This document shows positions 13,301 through 25,136 of a DNA stretch of 64,000 nucleotides, piece after piece. The notes under the pieces are model-generated. The model worked only from the letters and a program-made list of their open reading frames with translations, searched no databases and was not told the origin of the DNA. A program made the translations under genes and the position numbers. The stretch's first letter is position 1, and each line of letters begins with the position of its first letter. Origin of the DNA: Marsupella aquatica (Eukaryota > Plantae > Marchantiophyta); assembly GCA_973895155.1 (NCBI GenBank), contig OZ316893.1, positions 9,053,839 through 9,117,838 of the forward strand. The letters run 5' to 3'.

Positions 13301-14050
13301 AAAATAATGTACATCAAAACTTAAGCACCATTAGCCGCAAGAATTTCAAGTCGCTGCACTTGCATGTTCCAGATTCATGAAAAACTAGAGAAAAGATCAC
13401 TCGATCTCCTGGGTGCTCAGAGTGCTGAAGGCACAAAATCTGAGCAAGGGACTAAACAGATCTCATTAATACGTGTCCTACATTATTTTTATACGAACAA
13501 GTTGGCTAGTGGCTCATGAGGATCCATGACATTCAACTTTCCAACTTATTCCAGATCAAATTTGATCAGATGTGGCGTCTCATTGAGCCCTAGCACTTAC
13601 GACATGCAAGCTGGCGAATGGCTCTCGTGGATGACAATCAACTGTGGATGACAACCAATTGTCCAACTTATTCCGGCAGATCAAGTACGTTCAATCTGTG
13701 GCACATGAATGAGCACTAGCTGTTCAAGACCTAGTCGTGATAGATATCTGCCAATGATGCTGAAATGCTCTAATGCTAGAGTTTCGGGAGCCTGATGCAT
13801 TCTCATTCACTCAATGGGAGTGGCCTACTAGGTTGAATTACTACTGGACTTCCAACATTTTGGTGCCCAGCTTTGTTAATCACCCCTCAGTATCTAGGAT
13901 CAAACGGGGGGCCAAATTAAGCGGTTTGCTCGAATCATAACTTCCGTTTGCTCAAAAACATCATTGGTATCCGGCCTTTGAGACACTAATCCGTGGTATC
14001 GTGATCTGCAATCAACTATGAAGTCGGTGCTCTAATTTTCTTTGGCCATG

Positions 14051-17000
14051 TCAGCGCTGTTGGTAGTTGAGAGTTTTGATGCAGATGACGAACAGAATGG
14101 CGAACAGACATGGAAACAATATTGTCATTAGAGCGACAAACCATAGAAAACTATGTTTGTAGCCGTATGACGTCCTTAATAGCTGCTTCACTGACATTTC
14201 AACCCCTCCCTGAGAGACGGTGTAGATGTCATCCAGATCTCCGAACTGCGAGACAAGGGTGCCGTAAATGTGGTACGCAACGGGGTCGGTCCAGTATGCC
14301 CACCTCCACCATACAGGAAATTTCTGCATATATAATGGTAGATCCCACGCTCAGGATGATGAATACAATGGATAATCCCGAATGCACTCATATCAAAAGG
14401 GAGCAAATATGTCCTGAAATTGCGTATTGACCTATGGTTGGAGTTGAATGAGATCAAGGTTCTCACCGGATGCGGGATGACGAAACCGCTGAAGAGACTC
14501 CAGACGTTGTAGAAGACTCCGGATAGGATGGCCGCGAGTTGAGGTGTGGGAGTAAGTGACACAGTCATCATTCCCCAGTAGGAGTATGTGATCTGAGAGC
14601 AGAATGTGAAGTAGGCGTACCAAAAGAACTTGCCCGCGGTCCAATATAGTTTTATCATTGAATATGAAATGGAGGCATACAACACTGTTGAGGTCAGGAT
14701 GTAGGGTAGCTCTATCACACACTGCACACATGACCACAATCCCACATATCCTTAACCGATTGATACAATCACGGTAGTACAGATATTTCGTTCCCAGACT
14801 TAAGACATACATGTGAGCCTGGAATTGATACGATGCAAAGCGGCATCGAGTAGACTGAGGGCATTTCAGAGAAAAAGGTGGATTGCCTGGAACTGATATT
14901 TAATCTCAAGATTGCTAGGTGGGGTGGCGAAGAGGTTGATAAGCAGGCACGTACCTGGGCGATGGCATATGGAAATTCTGAATACATGCCAGCACTCCTT
15001 TCTCTGTAGAAGACTGTGCGTGAAGCATTTATCAGAGGTTGAATAGCTGTGGCGGTCAGAACTCCATAGAAAGTCTGTGATGAAAAAATCGACCCCATCA
15101 GCGAGTACAATCTGCTCTGATTTTGCCTGCACGCGATGATCATCCATTTAATCAGTTCACTGTAATTTTAACGCTCATTTTTGGCTTCAACATTCCATGC
15201 AAGAAACTAAAGTAGAAGGTCATGATGATGTATCATCGGGGTTTCAACGCATGAAAGGAACTAATCAAGCTCGCTAGCGTGGCAAAGATCGTGGCAAAGA
15301 TCATGTGACTCACAGCTTTTTCCCCGTGGCCCAGAAGACGGTGCCAAAGAAAACTGCAGAAAAGAGACTGAGCAGAATTCGCATCAAATTGTAGCCGGGA
15401 CTGCGCCAGTATGTGTAGTGTTGCTTCCACAAGCAGCATGTGAATTGTCTCCAAGCTGGCTGAGCGAACTTGGTGGGGAACGACATGTCCTCCGTGCCTG
15501 GAGGAGGAACGCTCAGCTCATCCGCCAGAGCCCTTGTCCGCCTGTAAGGGATCTCACGGTAATACAACAGAAGCCTTAATCAATAATTGATGCATCTAAA
15601 TCCTCGCCGGAGAAGAACGTGAGAGACTGAACTCCAGAAAGTTGTTCAGAGTCAGGGCAACCTTTTTTTATAATGAGCTTAGACTAAGGTTTCATTTCAT
15701 GCAGTTGTGGCGCTGTGTATAGACCAGCTAATGGTGAGTTGCTTGTGACGAGCTGTCACGGAGCTCGATACTTACTGATAAACATCGGAGTTCAGGCACA
15801 GTTCTGCAAAGTCGACACCCAACTTCGCTTCCATTCCCGGGGTCGAGATTTCTAACATCCAGGCAGCTGGATTCGTCCCCTCTTTTATGGGAGGAACACC
15901 TTGTATACCCTGCAGATCATGATCATGAAGAAATAGTAAGTCTTCATTAACAGTGGGGAGAACAAACAGCGCGCTACTGAACATATGAGGTGGCTCTGGT
16001 TACTAGACAGTTAAAAAAACTCCACTATAATATATTTAGAAGAGTGTTTAGTCTAACTTAGAATAGTGTTTCCTAATTAGTGTTATCTACAGTTTGAACA
16101 ACTTTACTGTTTCCACTTAGCTATTCGAGGAATTTCTCATGTTTCGAGAGAACCTCATAGAAGCGTATTAATCACCGAGCTCTCTCCAACATTTGTATGA
16201 CTTAGATAATTCTCTACATCAATGTATGCATTTTAAGGGTATAAATAGGCACCACCTAGTGACCTCGATCGACTTGAATAAAGTCTAGGCTCTTTCAAGG
16301 TTGCAAAAGGAGTAGGGCCTCTTAATTGTTCAATTTGCAAGGACAGTTGACAAAGTGATGAGTCTGATCAAGTCATACCTCGAAGTATGCAATGAGCTCG
16401 GCACAATTTCGTCCCAAGGGACCAGCATAGATTACTCGCCCACCACGTTTCAAAAGAAGTAGCTGCACAACGGGGCGATGCATTGTGAATCTAAGTAATG
16501 TCTATTGCTCAACCTGATTTACTGTCTGACTCATGTGTATTCCTTCACCGTGATTGATAATCGAAATTACATCATAAAGTCGGTTTTAAAAAAGAGTATC
16601 GGAGATTAAGTGGCTTGACGTGGACCGCACATACCTCATCAAAAGAGTCGAAAATATCAATGCTGGGCTGATGGATTGTACACACGACAGTACGACCCGT
16701 ATCCACTGTATTTCGCACAGCTCTCATGACTGTAGCAGCAGCTCGAGCGTCCAGTCCGGAAGTAGGCTCGTCCATGAAAACGATGGACGGGTTGGCGACA
16801 AGCTCCACTGCAATGGTCAATCTCTTGCGTTGCTCCGTGGATAGACCACTTTCCCCTGGACTACCCACTATGGCGTCCTTCAAAGCCGTCAGCTCCACCA
16901 GATCCATAACCTCCTGCACAAAGTTCTGGAATGAAAAGAACAGCATCTCAGAGTTGTGAACACCGTAAGTACCATTCCAGTACAAATATGCATGCGATTA

Positions 17001-20000
17001 CAATTTACGGAGAAGACTGTCAAAGGAGTATGGGTGATGACTCAATTTATGACGATTTTTCATGAGAGAGGTGTTCACCATTTTCGTTTGGTCATCAATC
17101 CCACGATCAAGACGAAGCCAAGCTGAGAAGACCAGAGATTCATGGACGGTGACTGCTGGAGAGTGGATGTCATTCTGCTCGCAGTAGCCAGCAATCCGAG
17201 CAAATGTTTCCTGCTTTTTCGGGTACCCAGAAATGCGGATGTCGCCCTCCACGTACCCTTTGTTCTTTCGTCCCGCCAGAACGTCCATGAGTGTACTTTT
17301 TCCAGCTCCGGTCACACCCACAAGGGCAGTGAGAGTTCCCGGTCGAAAAGAACCTGTAATCCCAGACAGGAGCTGTAGTCTGTCCTCAACCACCCCCTCT
17401 TTTTTCCTCGCCTGGCATCCAACCCACACCAGTAACATTACGAAAGCACGCACAGACTGTAATTGAATTGAGGGACAGAGAAAGTGGAGCAGGGGGAGAC
17501 AGTGCGTCTAGACTAGAAATCAAAAGCCACGGGGGATAAATTACCGCTGGCATGTCCACGTAGTAGTTGACATCCCTGAAGCTTATGGCCAAGGGCCGAA
17601 AAGGTAAAATCATTCCCTTGTTTTGCTGCTCGGACATTGCACCGTTCTTTGAGCCGCTACTGCTTGACGAACCACTGCGATGCGGAGTTGTAGAAGATGT
17701 CGCAACACCCTCTTCAGGCACCTCCGGCATCTCAGGCGCAGAACCATCACCAGCACCGTTTCTATTATTGAAGCTTCCCTCAGAGGATCGGGCAGAAAGT
17801 CCCATGCTTGCGGCACGCCTCGCGGACGACAATTTTGACAAAGCACCTGTGTCATCGAACATTCCAGTAAATTAAGTAATGACGCATGTCGAGATCGAAA
17901 TCTGAATTATGCGAAATTTCTTGGAGGACGGAATGCGCATACCAGCACAACTCTCGGCCGGTTAGAAGAACAGAGGGATGCATGGGATCGATTCAGCCGG
18001 GAATTCATCTCGTCTGGGCTGTTCCTTCTATAGGAAAGTTTTTCATATATATTAAACTATTGATGTGGAAAGGAGCTTGAATTAATGCTAAGAGTAAACA
18101 AAATTTAAGTTGTCCTAGAAATTCAGCGCTGTGCCAACAATCTCGCGGTAGGATATATGGTCATTATTTTCGAGATAACATCGTACTGTGCCATACCAGA
18201 TAATCTAGGTTTGGAACGGGAAGATAGGGAGCGAGGCTTTGGCGTTTTCAAGACTTCGTCCAGCCCTTCACCGGTACGGATGGCAGCTTGTTCATCTAAC
18301 TGTGCTTGTGAGAGTTGAGCTCTTGTTTTCTGGGGAGCTGTGAACAGTCATCCAAAAACATGCCACAGTTCTATCAGTTCTTGTTCATAGAGCATCGATC
18401 TGTTCAGTACTTTTTACTACCTTACAGGAAAGCTTGCAAAATAACTTTTCTGGAGCTGCTGAACAAGTCCTCTTTTGCTGTCCATCATCTCTGAAAACAG
18501 GTGAATAAATCAACTAGTCCTGAAAACCAAGAGTGAGGAGAATACTTGGCGAATTTGGAAACTCACCTCCCATGAAGGTGATGCTCGCAGCAAAGAATAC
18601 ATTGAAGACGATTATATATGCAACAAGAATCCCGCAAACCATCCAGAACCAATAGCCGTTCGGAAACAACCCCATTGATCTGATGAATCGATGGCCAAGG
18701 GTAAGTGTGTCGCCGGCCAAAGGCTGAACATCATCACATGCCCAAGGAAACATGTTATACTCAAATTAAACCCTAAACCCTAAACTCAAGAAACTGTACA
18801 AATTGGATATCACTTTATCGAACTTGGCTCCGGGCATCGATGTCACACAGAATCTTATTGATGCGTTCAAGAGTTAAAGTCAAAATGTAGAAATTAACGA
18901 TTTGAGATGAAAAAATCATTAAGTTGGACGAAAGCATTAATTACCTTCCTCCAGCGAGGTGCAAGATATTCGTTGTCGATAACCGCAGTTTCTACATAAG
19001 AGAGGGGTGCGACCCAGTACCCCCAGATCCACCACTTTCTGAGTCGCGGCCTCGGAATGATATACCCCCCAAACGTAAAGAGTACAATGAGAGCAGCACC
19101 ACCCACAGAGCTCGCAATTACATACGTTCTGCACAAGCCAGCGAGGAATCGAAATAGCGCCGACCCCATCGAATTCGCCAATGCAAGAAGAAACCACAGC
19201 CTGAAAAATCTGCATCCGTCATGAATCCGAGCAATTAGTGACCCAAGATTTAGAACTAACATGATAAGATCCCTTCAATCAAGCAGATCTCATCCCGTGT
19301 TGGTATATAAATGCGTACTTGCATCCAACTTCAATATATTCTTCCCATTTATCTTTCAACCTTGTGAGTTTCATTTCACCATCACATGCCACAAAGAATC
19401 GTTAGAGTTCTTTTAATACTTGAAAGAATCGTACTAAAAACTTTTATATGAAGAAGTGTTCAAAAATGTCGTGTCATGTTTGATGGATTTAGAGTTTTCG
19501 TTTTAAGTTTCAAAGAGTCACAAAAAATGATATGAAATGAGGATATATTCGAAAATGCCATCTATCAGTTGTTGGATGTAGACTTGTGTTTCAAGTTTTT
19601 TAAGGTGTCAATAACAAAATCCAAAACAGTTTGCACATGAGGGTACCTCCACATAATGAGACTTCGAGCTTTCAATGGGTAGTTAAATCTCAGAAAGTAG
19701 ACAGCTACATACCTGCCAGCAGCAGGAGCGAAGCCAATGAGGTAGTAGGTGACGGCGAGGGTAGAGAAAGACTCCAGAATGGAGAAGGGAACTTTGAGAA
19801 GGAACAAGGAGAGTGCCCAAGCCCACGGAGGAAAGAACTGCAGCTCCCGCAGTTTGTGGAATACGGGGAACCGAATGGCAGTGAAGGTAATTTCGGAGTA
19901 GCCCAAGAAGACTACTTGATTAAGGATAAAGAACAGCGCCCCAGAGTATTTTTGTGCATCAACTAAGTTTCTGTGATGCATCTCCGTCCGGAAGAAGAGC

Positions 20001-23000
20001 GACGATGCTAGCAAACCCATAATAATTGTCTGCAGTACAGTTCAGTCCAAGTTATATCAAGGTCATCAGTAGTTTGTTAATTCTTGGCAAGTGCTCGTCC
20101 TTCAACCAAAATGCAGAGGCTCAGAAGGAACTGATGACACTACCAGAGATATGTATGAACAAGTTGAACCTGTTGTTCATATTACACCATTAAAGGCAAG
20201 CGTTGCTATACACCAACCTGAAACACGTTGAACACTGGAACGATCCAGTTCTTCTTTAAAGTCAGGATCTCCTTATCCAAAGTGATCTTAAACAGGTCCC
20301 ACTGCGGGAGCGACCAGTGATCAAAGGACAGAGACCATTCATGCGATTTCGACTTGTCGAAAGGTGTTGCCAAGTCCTCATACAATTTCTGCGCCACGTG
20401 GAATTCCCTAAACTGCTCCACGAACGCCACAATGGGCACGTACTTGTAAGGGACACTCTTGTCGGCCCAGTACTGCTCCTGATCTCTTGGAGATGTTACC
20501 TGCCAGGTCACAATGTGGTACTGGTCAGCTCTGAGGAGGCTGATTACGGCATTCTCACAATAATTTAATAGAAACGTTTCAATCTGGAAGTTAATATTCT
20601 CTGTGCGAGAAACAATGAAAACCGAAGGCTGAAGATCAAGATGGCAGCTTGCTGTGAGACACATACAACAAATTTGACTAAATGATCAAAGTATTGATAT
20701 GAACAGGGTAGGTTCCATTCCAACCTCCTGCAAGAAGTCAGGTATGCTCTTTCTTTTGGGACATCTGAAGCCACAGGTTTCGAAAAATTCCTCCACATGT
20801 CCCAGGGGGCCGTGGTAAACGACCTGGCCTCCGGCGAGCAGAAGGACATCGTCAAACAACTCATAGGTCTCAGGTGCTGGTTGCAACAAGGCGATTAAAA
20901 TCGTCGACCTGAAGATGCTTGCGAGGTGGCCAATGCACTTCACCACTTGATAAGTAGTTGAGCTATCCAAACCAGTGGAAATTTCGTCCATAAAGAGTGC
21001 TTTTGACGGCCCTACTATCATTTCCCCTGCACATCACGTTTCGTCACCGGTCATTCTGACTGATCTTACATAGTTTGTCAATTAGTCGTCGATAAACTCA
21101 TCATTTAGTGAAAGTTTTGGGGTTTGAATGTTAAATGCACGCATACCAGTAGTAAGTCGCTTTCGCTGACCGCCCGAGATTCCCCTGGTCATTTGATCTC
21201 CAACGATTGTGTCCGCGCAAATATCTAGGCCCATAATCTGTAGAGATCAAATGTGTGCCAAACATACCACCGCTTCAATCCTTCGGTGAGAATTCAAGCG
21301 TTTCAGGTCCCAACGCTTGCCTATATATCTAAGTTCCCCCTGTCCCTCTGGAAGAAAATTTTTACTAGACTTAATTTGTAGTCCCAATACTGTCTGCTGT
21401 TCCAGGATAGACAAACGTATTTTTTGTTTGCAGATCTATGGGGCAGAAGTAAAACATTCAAGGTAGCTACGCAGATTCATGAATCACAACTGGATGCAAT
21501 TAAGTCGCTACTAAATGATATGGATTGCCTATGATAATTGAGCAACGTTGAATGATTTATTTATATGGAAACAACTTATCCCGAGACAACTGTTTGCTTT
21601 ATGTTGCGTCTTAATTTGCATGTCAGACTTACCTTCATAATGTATTCCGTGACTATTTCATGGGAAAGATCCTCGATAGCTGTCGCCTGCTTGCAGACAG
21701 ATCACACCAATTTGAAACTCAATGAGTACTTTCAACTGGTCTTGTGCATCTCGAAATGGGAGGAAACATTTTGAAACGAGCAGCAGGGATTGTTTTGCAT
21801 CTGACAATTACATTTAAGGTTTTGTATCATGCTATCAACAGCAAATTTAGATCATTGGATAATTGCTGCAAATTAACCATGCAAATCAGTTCTAAAGAGG
21901 ATAAACTTAAAGGACAGCTCAATAATATTACCTTCATGAAGTAGTCAATGTCCGGTTCGGGCTGTACTCCTTTCTCTTTCTCCTTTTTCATGACCTCCGT
22001 GAGAAGATCTGCATGTCATTATGGACGCCCCAAGAAAACAGGATTGACAAGAACGTCTTGAAATTAGCATTGTTCAAATAACGCGTCAAATCTTGCAACG
22101 CGATTTGATTTCTATACAGAAATATCAAGCGTCGACCTTGGTTGCAATTGATTTGAAAGGAAAATCGCACCGAAGCGGGAGCCAACTCCTTGAAAACGGG
22201 CGGAGTAGTCCATAGTTTCTCGCACTGTGAGCTCAGGCGCGTGCAAATCGTCCTGGCTGATGTATGCTGCCGTCTTCTTTGGCTCGAACTCGTTCATCCC
22301 GTATCCATTGTACATAATTGTGCCGTTCAGCTGTGTAATTCAAACAATAATTTTAAATGAGCCCAGTTAACAAATCCTCAACTCGTACTGGAGGTATAAA
22401 ACAGCATTCTAGTACTTTGATCTTTGACACATAGTATGTAGATAATTTAGTCAATTTGGCATCCTGCAGAATTCTCGTCAGGGTCAACTGCATGAATGCA
22501 GATATTTTTAGTTTCTCAGCCGAGCCAGTACCTTCAGGTCCGCGTCCAGCAGGCCAGCAAGTGCAAGGAGTGGAGGTATAAAACAGCATTCTAGTACTTT
22601 GATCTTTGACACATAGTATGTAGATAATTTAGTCAATTTGGCATCCTGCAGAATTCTCGTCAGGGTCAACTGCATGAATGCAGATATTTTTAGTTTCTCA
22701 GCCGAGCCAGTACCTTCAGGTCCGCGTCCAGCAGGCCAGCAAGTGCAAGGAGGAAAGTCGTTTTCCCTGCACCTGGAGGTCCAAGAAGAAGCGTCATCCT
22801 GCAACCGGTCATAATTATCATCAGCGCATGAGTCCTCCATTTCTATACGCGATCATTTGAGACTTGAATTATGAATAGCGATCAAGTTAAACAAATTTAA
22901 GTTGAGAACACAAAATTGAATGCTGATTGTCGTAGTTTCCGTAGTCTAAATACCGTCTGAGCTTGTTATCGCAAGAAATCGTTGTCCACGTGATTGCAAT

Positions 23001-24939
23001 TCGCATTTATCCAATACTTCGATTTGCTAATTAAATGACCACAACATACAGAGGATTTTATAGCATGTAGGTCGGCAGACAAAGCCGTGACTTGATCTCG
23101 CCTCTCGACATGCATCATATGTAATCCATCCTGGTGCATAGCCTTCATTACCTGCCAGGCTTGAGAATACCGGTCACTCCCTCCAATATGGTCAGATCGC
23201 GCTTCCTTCTCTTAGAGAGACCCAATGTGATTGGAATCATCTGCAGCGTGCATGGACAGATTTTGTTTAGGCGAGACTAGGTCTCCGGACTCAACCCCCT
23301 GAAGCAGTCACTCCTAAGTATTTATTTATATTCAATCAGGGACCTCAACCCACGTCAAAACAGATTGGCCGTGAGGATATCGGTCCCTCAAAACTATCGC
23401 TACATAATTAAAGGGGATGGACATTGACTCCCCGCGCGTGATCTACTGACCCACAGTGATTCTCCATCTGCATAAATTAAGTTCCTCTCAATGAGGACTG
23501 AAGAAGTGGACGATCATGTTTTTGAGGCATTGCAACGTACTCTCGATTAGTGGCTTGTAAATAATTAAGGCTTGTGAACAAAAGGATCCAGATTTCATTC
23601 AAAAATATTTACTCGAAATTATAACTTGCATCCGGGAGATCTGCGTGACTATTCTAGATTGAAATCTTGAGTTCAGTTTCAACGGTGGAACCCAAACTTC
23701 TTTATTCTTAAACAACTGAGGATGAGCACCTACAGGATTGCTTCTGTCAAGATTGCCAATGGTCGGATCCATAGATCACCTTTCCTGCAGAGGGCATTAT
23801 AGGAGGCATACAGAAGTCGGTGCGCTACATGAGGGGATGCAAAGGAACCTAAGAGAGTTATACATGGCCGTGCAGCCAGTTTGCATGCACGTACGCACCT
23901 CGAGAAAATTGAGAACAGTGTTGATCAAGGTTGGGAGTGCTCGAGCACCGACATACACCTGGCCTTCTATCTTCACATTCTCGTATCGAATCTCTACTGT
24001 TGGTACTTCAATACCGGCGCTGTAATATCCACCCACATGGACGAAAATCAGTCCCAAGCAAGGACGAGTCAACAAATTATCACCGCTTGCCCAAAAATGC
24101 GTGTTGGCACACTTAACTGCAAACTAGCTTCAAGGAAAAAGTCGCAGTGGAACTTAAGTTTGCAACAAAGCAAAAGAACTCAAGCTAATTCAGCACTCTT
24201 TGTAAACACTCGACGTATTTTTGAGAATGTTTTATTGGTGAGTTTATGCGTGAGAGATGAACCTCAACGTACTCAACGTACAGTGCATATACAGACCCAG
24301 ATATATTTACGGATATACTTCATCTCTACACTTTCTGAGTCCATCTAGCTATCACGTTGCTCTCGTACTTCATGGAATCCGTTCTCCATACGCTCAAATC
24401 TCTTAAGACTACCAGTAGATTAGTTTTCGAGTCCGATAAAATTTAGACAGCACGTGTTGACAGTAACTTAGCATGCAACTGGAGTGCCCCTCGTGACTTG
24501 AACTTGCAGAAGAAATCAAGAAGTTCCTCAGATCCACCTGATGTCGGATCAAATATAGAAAGCAGATTCACGTCCGTAAGGCAAGCTTTGAGGTTGCATA
24601 ACATTACAAACATGGTTACGATCGGATCGGAGCTTACTCGTCGATTCGTTTGCGCAGCCTGTTCAGAAATCTCTCATTGTCCACCTCCGGATTATTCAAC
24701 CTGAAGAGCTGATTGACGATGTAGTTCTCCAAATCGACATCTTGCACTCTCACCGGCCTCCGCTCACTTCTCCTACTCTGTGCTCTCTCAAGAATCGTTG
24801 TCCGCACTCGCTCATACGTCGGAAGTCGCTCAAGTGCGGCCCATAACTCCGCCTCTTCATCCCCACCGTCGTCGTCATGTCTCCGCCATGTACTGACGCT
24901 CCCAACTCGAGCGAGTGGTGAGATCGGCACTGACGTCAT
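14051..24939 (-). CDS. ABCG: Full-size ABCG (PDR, pleiotropic drug resistance) transporter, 23 exons, 4515 nt / 1504 aa
   Basis: Exons (all GT-AG, frame consistent): 24638-24939, 23899-24019, 23152-23240, 22714-22798, 22171-22330, 21932-22008, 21633-21686, 21147-21237, 20725-21026, 20218-20499, 19713-20029, 18945-19209, 18567-18723, 18197-18337, 17545-17846, 17079-17411, 16635-16925, 16379-16462, 15776-15909, 15314-15541, 14955-15126, 14467-14721, 14051-14323. Motifs: [10 protein letters not shown], Walker [59 protein letters not shown] and C-terminal LNYQQR, in NBD-TMD-NBD-TMD order. A short extra 5' exon near 25060 is possible. Confidence 0.96.
22389..22752. repeat. Perfect 182-bp tandem duplication spanning the ABCG exon 4 donor site
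   Basis: 22389-22570 equals 22571-22752. It copies the last 39 nt of exon 4 plus 143 nt of intron. Confidence 0.95.
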
Positions 24940-25067
24940 CGTTGCAAGCTACCTGTCAATTTTCAAAAACTTAAAGGAATCCCGATCAATTCAGACGAGC
25001 TCGATCGGCAAGAAGGTCCACGACCGGCCCACGGAGGGATCCCACGTTCTCGACGCCATGGACGCCC

Positions 25068-25136
25068 GATTTCCTTAGCTCGAGTTCATTGATTTCCTTA
25101 GCTCGAGCTCGTTGATTTCCTCAGCTCGAGCTCGAG
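25068..25136. repeat. 23-bp unit x3 in the ABCG 5' leader/promoter
   Basis: gatttcct(t/c)agctcgag(t/c)tc.. repeated at 25068, 25091 and 25114. Confidence 0.9.

Noticed and set aside
17943-18028. Extra ABCG exon (cctatag...ctg|gtatgc)
   Set aside because: It contains a stop in the required phase, and the flanking exons join in frame without it.
18767-18786. Telomere-like (CCCTAAA)n in an ABCG intron
   Set aside because: Fewer than three units; a common telo-box-like motif, not an interstitial telomere.
14110-24704. Many short + strand ORFs overlapping ABCG, and similar antisense ORFs over TL29 and BBX
   Set aside because: These are antisense shadows of real exons with no independent motifs.
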